Assembly: GCA_965644315.1 (NCBI GenBank)
Contig: CBFFRQ010000013.1
Location: forward strand, 682,001-746,000
DNA: 64,000 nucleotides
Direction: 5' to 3'
Source: Caecitellus pseudoparvulus
Taxonomy: Eukaryota > Protista > Bigyra: Bicosoecida
Shown here: positions 11,259 through 23,628 of the stretch, piece by piece
Numbering within the stretch: position 1 is the first letter of the stretch
Layout: each line of letters opens with the position of its first letter
Program-made: the position numbers and the translations under genes
Notes under the pieces: generated by a model
The model's database searches: none
The model's input: the letters and a program-made list of their open reading frames with translations, nothing else
What the model was told of the DNA's origin: nothing

Positions 11259-14166
11259 GCACGTCAGGAGCCACAGCACAGAAGAAGCGAGCCAACCCCA
11301 CGACACCAATTTCCGCTCAACACGCAAGCGCCCGCAAACGACCGCAGAACGGCAGCAGACCAAATGAACGCACCAACACGCTCCAGCAAGTTTGAGCACA
11401 TGCAAGGACGCACGGTCCAGGCACTTGCGAGCAGGCTGGGATTTCTGCATGTCTCTCATCTGCACACAAAACGAGGCGTGCACAGAAAGGAGAGCTCGCC
11501 CAAGAACTCTGACCAGACAGAAAAGCAGCAAACGCGACCAAAAACACGCCACACCAGGAAAACAACCCTCTATCCAGGCAGCATCGGTGAACCCGAGCTG
11601 GCACACCGGAGCTTTGTCGTTCGAAGTGTCAGTGCTGCATCACTTGACTTGGAGAAACGAGCTACCAGTCTCTTAACCAAAAAGCTCATGGCAACGATAT
11701 CAAAATGCGCGGATCTTGCACGAAAATTACACCAAGCTGCAGCCACGCCCTGTTTCGTGCCGGAACTCGAGCCGCAGCTGGAACATGCAAACATGGCTGT
11801 GCAAGACGTCAAGCAAGCAGTTGCTGCTACCACACACAAAAAAATAATGGATAGCCAAACAGTACAAAACCCAGTATGTGCAATGACACCAATAGAAACT
11901 AAAGAATCAGTTAGCTACAAACCTCGCCGCAAGAAAGCGCTCGCATGCATTCCATACCTCGCAACCACATTTTCATGACCAGGTCTTGTGACTCCGCTCG
12001 CCAGCACTTGATTGAAAATGGTGCACAGGATCTGAAATGCTTGCATCTTCTGGCACACGTACGATGTGGTCGCTTGTCGTGCCATATGGCGGACACTCAG
12101 ATTGCCACACATCGCTTGCAAAGAAGATCGCTCCAATCCCAACAGTGAAGAACCTTGTTTTTCAGGTAAACCGACGGGATGATTCCAAAGATTGAACACG
12201 CCATTGATCTCTGCACAAGCTTGCCGCTCACTTTGAATTGCGAAAAGCCCACCTTTGTGGCAAACGCATTTGAAACAGCTTGGCAGGTGTTGTGCCTTTG
12301 TCCACTGTAGGGGTCAATTGGGGTGGAATTTGCAATCCACCAGTGCCTAGCTGATTGCAGCAGGAAAAGCAAGAGCAAAGATAGCACTTCCAGTGATCCT
12401 ATCTGATCTTCAACAGCGCTCATAGTACGAGCGCAACCCAATGAATCCAAATACAACGGTTCGCTGCAACTTGAAAATGCATGAAACGCTCCACCTCGCG
12501 GCAAGAAACTTGAAAACGAGAGAACGCATGATTGTAGACAACGAGCTGCCAACCAAATCAAACGGTTCCAACCACTGTGTCTTCTCAGCCAGAACACAAC
12601 CCAACGTGCAAGGCAGTATTGCACACTCAGAGCAAAACATGGGCCAACATCTCGTAGCATGTGCTCAAGGGGCAGCAATTCATACATGAATCTAAGAGTT
12701 GCAGTCATTCAGCTCATGAAATGTTTAAGTCTTTGGGGGTACAAACCTAAAGTCACTGAACCGACCGGAACTGTTCTTCTGACAAAGAAAGAAAACCAAG
12801 CAGCACAGTATGTGTACATTGCTGCGCAACCAGCTCCTCAAGGCACTCTAATCGTTTCGAGTTTGAGCGCGCTTCAGAAATAATAGCTACTGCAAATAGC
12901 TTTTCCACGTTCCTTATCCCAGCATGCTCAAAGATAAATCACACGAGTGTCTTGTTGAGCAAAAGGCATTCTTCTGCACATCTTCAACGCAGCGATGAGC
13001 ATTCCTTGCATGAGAATGAAATGAAATGCCTGCTACATCAATCATTCCATATGACACACTTGAAGAGTAGATATGGAGTACAGGCGATACAAGCTAATAC
13101 TGCCGTCAAGAACAAAATCTTCTGCGAATTGAAAATGCCAAATCTTGTCATTGAAAGCAGAAAGGGAAGGAATCCTTCAGTTTTCATCTGTTCACATCGT
13201 CATGACAGGATTTCTTTGCCGCTTTGGCTCAATCAATCACATCGACAAACTGCAATTGATCGTAAGATTCGTGACATCTCTCCATTGGGTGGGTGGCCTT
13301 TCTTCTCGTTGTTTCAGAAAGACAACAGCGACGAAACCTTCAAGGATGTGAAAAGCCTTGGAAGAGAGCACTGCATTTGGCTGATAAGAAGTCTCTTATG
13401 AGTGGGAGGATTGCATAAACAGATGCTCTTCCAGAGGTTCATTTCAGCACCAGGTTATCTGTGTCCAATACTTTCCGGAACAAGCAATAAGGTGTAGCTT
13501 GCCGACACATCTGCCGGCTGTGTCCTCATTCTACGCAACATCCGACCCTGCATTTGACTAGTCTGGCGCCATTGGACACCTCAGGAAGGCGTTGTCTCAC
13601 ATCTTGCGCATGGAAAGCTGACCATTCCGTTGTTATGCTGATGGCTCAGTTTCTTTGTTGCATGGAGCAGGGTAAATTATGTGTGTTTGTTGAAAAGGTG
13701 TCGTGGTTTGTGAATCCCTGTTTGAAAGTGGAACGGCATGAAAGATGCTTTCCATTCCCCGCATTGAATGATGAAAAGCTTGTACCTGGCGCTCCATTTG
13801 TGGGAAAATCCTCCATTCTTCGAACCAGCACCGCGAACTGCTGCCGCCCGACGACAAGCCATCGACCCAACACTTTTCGTTTGCTGGCATCTTGTGCTGG
13901 CATTCTTGGAGCGCGCGTTCCGCGCTTTATGGGCATGTAGGCGCACGAACTTTCCGTGCAAGAAGTCGATATTTTGCCTGGCGATCGATGTTTGTGAGAA
14001 GAGGTGGGTGATAGTTCACGTGAGTTGTGGCGCTCTACAGTGTTGCTGACTCTACGTGGAGCAAAGATCCATTCGTATTGGTCACCGCTGTCGGTCTCTT
14101 GCCATTTTTCGGGCGACCTTTTAAGCTGAAGCAAACATCAGGCAGTTCATTTCAGGCACGTTCTTG

Positions 14167-15056
14167 CTATCGCAACGGCTTTATCCCGAGCTTGGCGCGC
14201 TGGGCATTCCACTGATCAACTGTGAGAGAAATCTCCCCTCGGCTGTTCTGCTTTGGCCGCGACGGTGGGGGAGAGCGACTGCGCTGCCTTCGTTCCCTGT
14301 CCCCGTGTTTCGTGCTGTCTGCTGCTTGCTCTGAGCTTGCCGCGGCTGCGGCCGCGTCCAGGTGGTCTTGGAGTGGACTAACCCTGGGCTCCAGCTTCCC
14401 GGCTGCTTCCAGCGCAGGGCGCTTGAGGATGTGAGGCAGGTTCACCCCGAAGACAGATTCTTCAGTGAGAAGACTGTCGACGAACTCGTCCATGTGCAAG
14501 ATGTAGGACTTGTAGGGGGTGCGTGCGGCGAGCTTGCGCCAGTCAGCAAGCAGAGGCTCAAGGTACGTGTAGACATCTTGTGCGCTGCCCACGAGCCTGA
14601 GGTAGAATGCGCCCAAGGCGCGGACGTATTTAAAGTCAGTTTGTTCAATGTAGGCTATGACAATGTCCTTGTCAGGCTGAATCTGAAGGAGTTTCAGGAT
14701 GAGGCAGAGGAAGGGTGCTGGTTTCGCAGCAGCGTTGATGATGCCGCCCACAAACTTGAGCTCCACAGCCTTTTCCAGCAACGTCTCAGCTGCGGAGGAG
14801 CTTAAGCATAGTGCAATTCTGCGTCCCGGTTGTTCAGCGCCGGGGGAGGGTGGCTATACCTGACAAGGCGAAGCAGTGGGCTTTCCAGTAGAAGCTGTCA
14901 TAAATGCGGGTTCGGAGAATGTGCTCGACGAGGTTCTGCACAGGGATGGGGGAAGCATTGGACGGCGTTTGGCGATGGGGGTGCGAGTACACGTACCTGT
15001 GGATCGGTCCCATGCACTTGGCGTGCAAGTGGGTCGGTGGTGTTGAGCCCCGGCAT
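14167..15056 (-). CDS. PRPF38A: Pre-mRNA splicing factor PRP38A
   Basis: TDPLARQVHGTDPQ/NLVEHILRTRIYDSFYWK..CF, PFLCLILKLLQIQP, FKYVRALGAFYLRL, RAKLGIKPL. Introns 14996-14936 and 14859-14790. Confidence 0.93.
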
Positions 15057-15283
15057 GAGTGAGGTGCAGGAGCGGTAATTGGTCCAAGCCGACCCAGGAA
15101 AGGGTGCCTCTCTTCGGGCGCTTGCGAGGCTGTGGTCAAAGAGCGTTTTATTCGTCGATCTTGATGGTCGGTTTTCGCCCCCTAGTTTGTGTTTGAATGG
15201 TATTGACCCGCGAGCGCCTGTGTGGCCTCGCGCGATTGTCCAGGAGTCCTGCTCAGGGGCTGCTGCAAACGGTGCTCTGCATT

Positions 15284-17140
15284 TCAAGCCAGAACCTGCC
15301 CCGCCTTAAAGGCGCGGACAGCCCATGCGGCAGTGAGCGCCCGACCTAGCCCCTTGATGCGGATTCGGGGGGCATAGTCAGACAAGACTGGGCTTGTTGC
15401 TGGCACCTGGCCGTGCACGCCTCCGGCCTCAGCTGCAGCTAGGAGTGCTGGCACATTCACGGGGGCGAGCCACACAGCAGTGAAGGCACAGGCCTCACTA
15501 CACTCCTCACTGCCAGCTTGGATGTTCAGCGCCTGTTGTGCTACTGGCAGGTGCACCATGGTGGGCATGGCCTGCCCGGCTGTGTGGCCGTACTCCTGAA
15601 GCAGCAGCAGAGCAACGTCTCTTCGCTGCACAGGCGGCATGGACGGATTTCGTAAGATGTCCCAGACGGTGACACCGGCATAGTACATGCCCTTGTTGGG
15701 GGGGCAGGTGATGCCTGCATCGGCAGGCATGGAAACAGCCATGAGCATGGGGGGCATGCTCACGGGGAGGGGCACTAGCTGAGGGGCGGTGGGCCAGCTC
15801 TGCACGCCAAAGTTAAAGGCGGCCAGGGGGGAAATGTGTGCCTGTGGTGGTGGCTGAGCTGGGGCATCCCCCTGCCCTTCCTGGATGGTCGAGCAAAAGT
15901 GCCGGGCGGCGGCATTGGCTGGCGCCGTGGAAAGCGTTGCCATGAGGTCGCGAGTGGTTGCCAAGTTGTCAGGGACGTTGAGAGCATCGGCAATGGTGAA
16001 GAGGGCTTGGCCGACGCGCTCAGTTGCGTCTTGCTGGGAAACTGGCTGCATGATGAGGGACACATACATCCACACGACAGTCCACACGCTGACAGGAAGC
16101 ATGTCTGCGAAGTGGTTGTACAGCAACATCGCCTGTGCGAAGACATCCCCATGTCCGACCTGGCATGCGGGGGGGGCATTGTTCTGGAGCCAGATGTTGG
16201 AGACGGTGGCCAGCAGTTTGCGCGTGTTTGCGATGGGCTGGCCGCCCAGCTCGAGGCATGGGCCCGGCGGGCCTGGCTGCGCCAGTGAGCCTGCAAGCAG
16301 CATGAGGAAGCCGCGGATCCAAGGATCAGCGAGAGCACCGTCAGCAGAAGGTGCTGCACCGGTCTTGGACAGTACTGGCGCTGTGGAAGGCAAGTGCTGC
16401 ACAGCTTGGCTGATCAATGCAGAGGTGCTGGAGTGTGCGGTTGGGGGGGCATCTGGGGAGGCAGCTGGGGCTGATACAGCAATGCTGGAAAGGGGGAGTG
16501 CTTGAGCAGGGTGCTGCACAGGGTGTTGGGTGGGGAGGGCCGCTGGCAGCAGGCCATGTGTGTGGCCTTCCTCGGCAGCGGCTTCCAAAGCGGCCATGAG
16601 GGCCACGGCCTCTGGGCTGGGCAGGGGGTGGGACTTCTCCCAAGCCCGAATGACCTTGAGGCGGTCCTGGAGTCCCGAACCCCGTCGACGCAGGGTGCTT
16701 GTGGTGACTTTTGCCAGGTGCATCCACTGCCTGGCCACTTCAGGCTGTGCTAAGCTGGCCGCGAGCGGGAGCTGCTGTGTTGGAGAGGCAGGGCGCCCTC
16801 CAGCCCCGTGCTGCGGCACGCGAACAAGCCGCTGCCCGACCCGCAAGCGCGCAGGGATGGGCGAGCAACGAGCAGAACCACCTAGGTTATGATCCTCGGG
16901 GCGGTCACTGCACAGGTAAGGCGTGTCGACGAGGGCGGTGCAGGAGGAAGAGTGCGGGGGTCGCGGCGACAGGCAGCACCAACGGTGGCTGAGAGCACTG
17001 CCGGCACAGTGCGTCGGCGGCAGAGTAGAGGTTCCTGGTTTGGTGGAGCAGCATGCGCATCTTATCCGAGTGCACAGTGATGGATGGCGCCTGCGTGGTC
17101 TTGGCAGGCAAGGAAGCCCCATGTGCTTCCTGCGCATCAC
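15284..17140 (-). CDS. Hypothetical Ala/Pro-rich protein (5' end unresolved)
   Basis: 618-codon open frame with an AAATGCA motif right after the stop. No recognisable domain. Confidence 0.4.
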   Translation of the reverse strand: MMRRKHMGLPCLPRPRRRHPSLCTRIRCACCSTKPGTSTLPPTHCAGSALSHRWCCLSPRPPHSSSCTALVDTPYLCSDRPEDHNLGGSARCSPIPARLRVGQRLVRVPQHGAGGRPASPTQQLPLAASLAQPEVARQWMHLAKVTTSTLRRRGSGLQDRLKVIRAWEKSHPLPSPEAVALMAALEAAAEEGHTHGLLPAALPTQHPVQHPAQALPLSSIAVSAPAASPDAPPTAHSSTSALISQAVQHLPSTAPVLSKTGAAPSADGALADPWIRGFLMLLAGSLAQPGPPGPCLELGGQPIANTRKLLATVSNIWLQNNAPPACQVGHGDVFAQAMLLYNHFADMLPVSVWTVVWMYVSLIMQPVSQQDATERVGQALFTIADALNVPDNLATTRDLMATLSTAPANAAARHFCSTIQEGQGDAPAQPPPQAHISPLAAFNFGVQSWPTAPQLVPLPVSMPPMLMAVSMPADAGITCPPNKGMYYAGVTVWDILRNPSMPPVQRRDVALLLLQEYGHTAGQAMPTMVHLPVAQQALNIQAGSEECSEACAFTAVWLAPVNVPALLAAAEAGGVHGQVPATSPVLSDYAPRIRIKGLGRALTAAWAVRAFKAGQVLA

Positions 17141-17376
17141 TCTGCATGCTTTTTTGCTGGCGTGCGAGCCGCCGCAGAGCCTCGCACCGCGCCGCGGTGT
17201 TGGGGCAGGCCCTGTGTCGGCAACAGCAGGAAGGGAACACTATCGACCAGTTGCAGGCCCAGCACGTGCTTCGGGATGCGGAAATTAGAGACACTGGACC
17301 AAGCTGCACACTCGCCTGCGCTGCCTCCGGGTCAGCCTGGCTGCCCTCCCCCTGACCTCTCGACACAGAACCGAGC

Positions 17377-18855
17377 ATGCTCGCAAAGAGCATCGCAGCG
17401 GGGTGCAGAGCTGCATCTCGTGTTGCACAGTTTCAGCGAACCTTGCCTCGCCTGCCAGCAGCATGCATGTCAACTTCCTTGGACATCGTAGACCGTGAGG
17501 GCGAGAGCGCCTGGTGCAGTGCAGCTGACGCCAGTCACTTCCCGCACGTCCCTTTCGCACGCCACAGCGACAATTGGCCTCACGGAGGAGCAGCTGGAGT
17601 ACCACAACTTAGCAAGTCAGTTCGCTGCCGCAGAGTTCGAGCCGCATGCTGCACGTTGGGACGCGGAGAAGGAGTTTCCTGAAGAGGCCCTGCGCAAGGC
17701 TGCTGAGCTTGGCTTTGGAGGTGCGTGGCCATGGCTTGGCGCGGCCCGGCGGGCAGGCAGCCACGGAACGCCCTGTGTGTCAATGCTTCCCAGGCCTCTT
17801 CGTCCGGGACGATGTTGGGGGCATCGGCTTGGGGAGGCAGGACGGCGGAGTCATCATCGAAGCACTCGCGGCTGGATGCACCAGCACCACTGCGTACCTC
17901 ACCATTCACAACATGTGCGCGTGGATGGTCGACACGTTTGGCAGTGATGAATTGCGCCAAGAGATCCTGCCCAAACTGGTCAGCATGGAGCACTTCGCCT
18001 CGTATTGCTTGACTGAGCCAGGAGCAGGGTCAGATGCTGCCTCTCTCAAAACCCGAGCGGTGCGTGATGGGGACTCGTACGTCTTGAACGGCAGCAAGAT
18101 GTTCATCTCGGGGGGGGGGCGCAGTGACGTGTACATCATCATGGCACGCACAGGCCAAGCAGGCCCCAAGGGCATCACCTGCTTCGCAGTGCCTGCTGAC
18201 ACGCCGGGTCTCTCTTTCGGCGCCAATGAAAGCAAGGTGAGTTGTTCTAAGCCGTGGGAGCCCGATGGATGGAGGGCGTTGCAGAAGTCCCCATGCCGCG
18301 CCTTCGCAGCTTGGGTGGAATTCCCAGCCAACGGCTGCTGTCATGATGGAAGATGTGCGCATCCCAGCGCGCAACCGTGTCGGGGAGGAGGGGCAGGGAT
18401 TCACCATCGCCATGCGGGGGCTCGATGGAGGGCGCCTCTCCATCGCCACCTGCTCCATTGGCGGGGCGTACAAGTGCCTGACAACTGCAAGGGAGTATAT
18501 CAAGAGCCGGGAGCAGTTCGGCGCACCCCTGGCCGCAAACCAGCACCTGCAGTTCAAGCTCGCTGACATGGCGGCTGACTTGCACACGTCTCGGCTGCAT
18601 GTGCGAAGCGCAGCTGGCCAGCTGGACGCCAAAGCGCCAACGGCTCGTGCTTTTGCAGCGATGGCCAAGCGAGTTGCGACAGATGCCTGCTTTGACATCG
18701 CAAACACTGCCTTGCAGATGCACGGAGGGTATGGGTACCTGCGGGACTACCCCATTGAGCGCATCATGCGGGATGTACGGGTGCACCAGATCCTGGAGGG
18801 CACCAACGAAGTCATGCGTCTGATCACGGCCAGGCAGTTGCTCCAAGAAGGCTGA
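17377..18855 (+). CDS. ACAD8: Isobutyryl-CoA dehydrogenase, mitochondrial (acyl-CoA dehydrogenase)
   Basis: [64 protein letters not shown] and a transit-like N-terminus. Introns 17495-17567, 17721-17793, 18237-18309. Confidence 0.92.
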
Positions 18856-18879
18856 CGGCAATGCATTGCTGTGGCACAC

Positions 18880-19814
18880 TTAGGCTGACCCTGCCAGGGC
18901 CGTGATGGTGAAGCGCATCTCGCCAGGGTCCGCATCGATGAAGTGTGTCTTGATGGCAGCTGCAGCATCGGCCAGCAGGGTCTCACTTGTCGTGGGCCCA
19001 TGGTTGATTGGGAACTCCTTGCGGCCGTCCAGCTCGTACAGGCTCCCGCCACGGTGCACGAATGCGACGAAGTGTGTCATGACATCCTGCGTGACCTCCG
19101 ATTGCCCCTGCTGTGCCGTCTCCTCGTGCGACTCTTCGATCTCCTGGTCTTCCTCCAGGGCCACGGCGCGTGCGTCTGCATCCATGGGCAGCGTGCGCTC
19201 CACGAACTTCGCGAACCAGCCGTCAGCAGGCAGGTCCACGTCGCCGCCTGTTTGGGAGCTGGCGTTGGCAACGCTGTGCAGAATCCCGACGGTGCCGCAG
19301 GCATTGCCCACAGTCTGCTTCGTAACTGTGGTACAAGAGCGTGCTTGGTGCAATGGGGGGGGGGAGAGCTAGGGTGTGTGCTGAGGCGAGGACTCACAGT
19401 ACAGAGTGCCATCCACCTCCTGGCCTTCCGCCTTGATCTTTTCGGCCTGGGCCTTGCGTGCCTCCTCGGTCTTGTCCTTGATGGGGAACAGCAAGACGAC
19501 AGCCTTGACTGGTTGAGGGACCATGCCCAGTGCCTGAGTGTGGCCATGGAGCGTGGGGATGCAGCCAGATCAACCAAGGCGTGGTGAGGGAGTTGGCGTG
19601 GTGGAGAGAAGGCACGCACCCAGTCTTCCACGCTCAAGACGTCAACCCAGCTGAGCTTGTCGGTTGGCAGGCCCAACTTGGCGCAGTATGTGTTCATGAC
19701 ATCTGGGTTGGACTCCAGGGGAAACCAGCGCTTCCCCTTCTTGCCAGTGGTCTCCGAGGCGGCAGAGACGGCCGCTGCTGCGGGCGCAGCTGCTGCTTGG
19801 GCGTCGGCAGCCAT
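18880..19814 (-). CDS. UCHL3: Ubiquitin C-terminal hydrolase (UCH-L3 type, peptidase C12)
   Basis: RWFPLESNPDV, KQTVGNACGTVGILH, HFVAFV, LYELDGRK. Introns 19619-19534 and 19397-19326. Confidence 0.92.
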
Positions 19815-20221
19815 GATGAAGGAAGGCGTTCGTGGGTGGGTGCTTCTGACAGAGCGTCTGGGTATTCCTGGACTTGTTGGCGCGGGTTGGTGGTGGAATG
19901 TTTTGAACTCGCCGGTGCTCTTGTGCTGAATGTTGCCCAGGTCTGCCGGGGGTGTGAAGGGGCGTTGTGTAGGCGGCCTCCTTTGTGTTGCAGCGATGCG
20001 TTGGAGGACTGCCCACCCAACCAAATCATGAACACGAGCTCCAGTACACCGGCTTGTCCCGCAGCAGCTCCGCTTCCGACACGGATTCCCGCGGACCTCA
20101 GTCGCTGACCCCAGTCACCACAGTGCGTGTGCGGTTTTTGACCAAGACACCTGCCTGTGCACGCGAGCCCTCACCCTGCCCCGCAGTCGTCCCGCCAGCT
20201 GCAAGCCCACAGTTAGACGCC

Positions 20222-20813
20222 ATGGCAGCTCGTCAAGGCACCTCTTTGCAGAACTACAACAATGAGTTGGTCAAGTGTGAGTTGGCTTGCCGGGCGCCAC
20301 GGCCGTGCTGCCGCGCGCGATGAGGGCTAGTGCAATGCCCACACGAAGGCGTCCGTTGTGCTGGCTTCAGGCATCGAAGACTTGCGTGAGAAGCGGGAAG
20401 CCATCAACCGCGAGATTCTCAGAGACGAGGAGGAGAAGGCTAAGATCCAGAAGGTGTGTGCAGGCGCACAGGACTCGCTGAGGGCAAATGTCAACTGGCA
20501 CTGGCGTTCCTTGCCTCCTGTGGTGCGCAGGAGCTGTCCCGCCTCACGGAGAGGCTGAGTCGCATCAACGAGGACTTGCAGCGCAAGATGGCTGCAAGGA
20601 ACGAGTTTGACCAGACCATTCAAGAAACAGAGGCAGCGTACTACAAGGTAGGTCATCCTGAAGCGGGGACACCTGCACCGCCTGCGCAGTCCCCCCTGCA
20701 CTATGCTTTGCAATTTGGCCCCCTCGCAGATTTTGGAGTCCAGTCAGACCCTTCTGCAGGTCCTCAAGCGAGAGAGCGCAAACTTGGTCAAGCGCAAGCA
20801 GAGCTCTCAATGA
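20222..20813 (+). CDS. SSNA1: SSNA1/DIP13 centriole-associated coiled-coil protein
   Basis: Spliced product [19 protein letters not shown]...[20 protein letters not shown]. Introns 20277-20370, 20454-20530, 20648-20729. Confidence 0.92.
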
Positions 20814-20979
20814 GCTGTGGCGTGGCCCAGGCCTCCCTCCTTTTGTTCTGTCAATGCACCCACATTCGTACATTCCAGCCCACCTCGGTTGGACCCCAGC
20901 AGCTCCTCTGCGCTTGCCACCCACCTCTGCTCAGCTTCCTGCCTGCGCTTCTCCTTCATCCCCTTGCCGCCACCTCAGC

Positions 20980-22103
20980 ATGGCATCTCAGGGCACGCCA
21001 GTTGGCGGGCAGTCCCCGCCCGGACCTCCAGTGGGCTTGGTTCGCCAGGGATCAACGCAAGATTTCATTTATCATGAGCGGCAGGTCGCTGCGATTTGTG
21101 CTGTGCATGCCTTGAACGCCATCGTTCAGGTGAGGGCTGCGTTGCCTGTGCTGTGAATCCCCGCACACCACACCCCCACCACGCCTGCGCCTGTGCCTGC
21201 GACAGGCCCCCGAGTTTGATGAAGTGGGGCTCTCAGAAGTTGCGCAAGAGCTGGATGAGGAGGAGCGCAAGGTTCGTGTGTGCCCTTCAACCTCACAACT
21301 CTGGCCTCACGGTCACGGTGCTTGTGTGGCTTGTCGCCCAGCTTCTCCAAGCGCAGGGGCCGGACAACCCAGACCTTCTCAGGCACATTGCGGGGGGTAG
21401 CAACAACGTCGATGAGAGCGGAAACTTCTCCATCATGGTACTGAGTGAAGCCCTGAAACGTGCTCACGGCTTGACCTTGAGCCAGGCCAACATGGATACC
21501 GTCATCTCCAACGCCACGGCACAGCGTGGCTACATCTTGCACCTGCAGGATCACTGGTTTGCCATCCGGCGCATTGGGGGTGAATTCTGGAACCTGGACA
21601 GTATGAAGAAACGCCCGAGTTTCGTAGGAGACATTTACTTGGGAGCCTTCTTGTCCCAGATGCGTAGCGAAGGCTACTCGATCTTTGTGGTGCAGGGTGA
21701 ACTGCCTGAGCCCCTGCAAGGGGCCAGCATGGGTGACCCCCAAAACTGGCATAGCGTGACGAAACTCAAAGCCCATGAGTCTGACACCAGTATGCTCGGG
21801 GGAGGCAGCAGCGACGCCATACCTGCTGAAACGCTGGCTTCGTGGGCCGCTACTGCCCGGCAGGACCCGAGCATGTTCGAAATTATCCTTGCTAGCCTCA
21901 TGGAGAGTACAGGGAAAGCTAGGGCTGACGCTGAGATGATGCTGGTGATGGCCATGTCACAAGGGGGTGATGAGGCAGACCAAACCTCGTCCACATCCGG
22001 AACTCACCCAGCGGCACACGACAGCCGGGGCGGCCCTGAGTCGACGGAGGATGAAGACTCCGACCTCGCTGCTGCCATCGCCTTGAGCATGCAGCAAGGC
22101 TAG
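20980..22103 (+). CDS. ATXN3: Ataxin-3-like Josephin deubiquitinase with C-terminal UIM
   Basis: IYHERQ..CAVHALN (catalytic Cys), [34 protein letters not shown]. Introns 21130-21205 and 21272-21341. Confidence 0.9.
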
Positions 22104-22113
22104 TTGTGGCTTG

Positions 22114-23397
22114 TCAGGAGACATTGTGCAGCCTCCCTGCGGGCCCGAGCGTGACTCGCTGGCGAGGACTGGGCGGTATCCAGCCTTGCGCCAAAGGCAG
22201 CTCTGCCTCACTCCTGCTCGGCATCTCCAGGCCATGTGTGTGAAGAAACTCCCTGAGGTGCTGCGTCGATGGAGATGGTGCTTGTTCTGCTGCAGCGTGT
22301 CGACGATGGGCGGGCCGCCTCGCTGCTCGAGCTGCTGAGGATGGCGCCTTCGCATGCTCAGAGGAGCAAGACCCCACCGGCGAGAGTGGTGGCAAGTTAG
22401 GATACGGAAAGGCTCTCTGTTGAGTGCTGGGTGCGCGTGGCACAGCGAGGCACCCCGCGGCTGCAAGCACCTTCCTCTCTGCGTGTGTCGTGACCGCCAT
22501 GGGCTGCATGGGGATCAGCGTTGACAAGGAGGACTTTGGAGCCACCAAGCGCGCGTCAGTACTCTCCGTTGGTGGTTGTTTAGCCAGCCAATGCAATCGT
22601 TGCAAGGTGGACTTGGTGGTATTCCCACCCCAGCTCGTGACACTTGACACTTGAGGAGCGGCGTCGGCCCCTGCCTCAGACGTGTAAGCCCACAGCGTGG
22701 ACACCATGCTGCGAACCGGCGACACAGGAATGGGGCGGGCCGATTTGGCTCCGGGACTTGAAGTGGAGACGTCAGGGGGCGAGGGGGTCGAACCGCGTGC
22801 CTCCCGAGCGAGATTGCGCACCCTCGGGTTTGTTGGGTACAAGACCCTCCAATCAGTGTCACGGGGGAAGACGCGGGATCCCTTCGGATGTGGTGACGTC
22901 CAGTCTCTGGGTTGGTGGCGGCGCGGGATCTTGAGCAGGCGCTGTCGGGGTGGTGTGTCTGCAAACCAAGTGGTGCGGCTGCCGCTGAGAGAGCTTGCAC
23001 GTCGCTCCAGGCCCATAGACAACAGCGGGGAAGTGCGCATAAGGAAGTGGTCCCGATGTAGGGGAGGAGCCCCCGAAATATTGTACAGCACTTGGCAGCT
23101 GGCTTCAGGGGGAAGAGTCGTGGCAGTGTGCGGTTGCAGCGGACTGCCACGGCGTTTGCCTTGCATGGACACTGGCCGCATGTTGCGCACAGTCCAGTCT
23201 ACGGCGTACAGGGCATCGGTGGAGGCTTGAGGCAGCACCTTGCTAGAACCAAAAGGGTTCCTGCCCGAAACCTTGGGCATGGCCTCCTCCCGCTTTGCAG
23301 TTCGCGTGGAGCGGCGATCGTGCGGAAACTGGTCAGAACCGCATGTGACTCCCGAACGCCTGGAGCCTACTGAGCTCCAATATTCAAAAGAACTCAT
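22114..23397 (-). CDS. Hypothetical basic Ser/Pro/Arg-rich protein
   Basis: Long open frame (479 codons) ending 10 nt from the ATXN3 stop. No domain recognised. Confidence 0.4.
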   Translation of the reverse strand: MSSFEYWSSVGSRRSGVTCGSDQFPHDRRSTRTAKREEAMPKVSGRNPFGSSKVLPQASTDALYAVDWTVRNMRPVSMQGKRRGSPLQPHTATTLPPEASCQVLYNISGAPPLHRDHFLMRTSPLLSMGLERRASSLSGSRTTWFADTPPRQRLLKIPRRHQPRDWTSPHPKGSRVFPRDTDWRVLYPTNPRVRNLAREARGSTPSPPDVSTSSPGAKSARPIPVSPVRSMVSTLWAYTSEAGADAAPQVSSVTSWGGNTTKSTLQRLHWLAKQPPTESTDARLVAPKSSLSTLIPMQPMAVTTHAERKVLAAAGCLAVPRAPSTQQRAFPYPNLPPLSPVGSCSSEHAKAPSSAARAARRPAHRRHAAAEQAPSPSTQHLREFLHTHGLEMPSRSEAELPLAQGWIPPSPRQRVTLGPAGRLHNVS

Positions 23398-23628
23398 CCC
23401 TTTTGTTACTGAAACGTATGCGAGGGCAAGGTGTAGGCTTGACTGTGGCCGTGGAGCCCTCAGGAACCAGCGGGCGTGTGTGCTTGTGTCCTTGGCAAGC
23501 GCGGCCGCCAGGCGTGAATGCGGTGCCGCACACGGTTCAAGAGAACAAAGCACGGATCTTCATAAGCAACTTGTAGGTGACATGCAGAATTTCTGCCCAA
23601 CGACTGCTTGTCCGGTGAAGATGCCGGG

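Noticed and set aside
12900-13440. Possible stop-codon recoding in the low-GC island
   Set aside because: Reading through TGA gave no recognisable protein, TAA/TAG also interrupt, and flanking genes use TGA as a normal stop.
18880-22103. Two deubiquitinases close together; also VPS34 near VPS4
   Set aside because: Unrelated genes intervene, so this is consistent with chance in a gene-dense genome.
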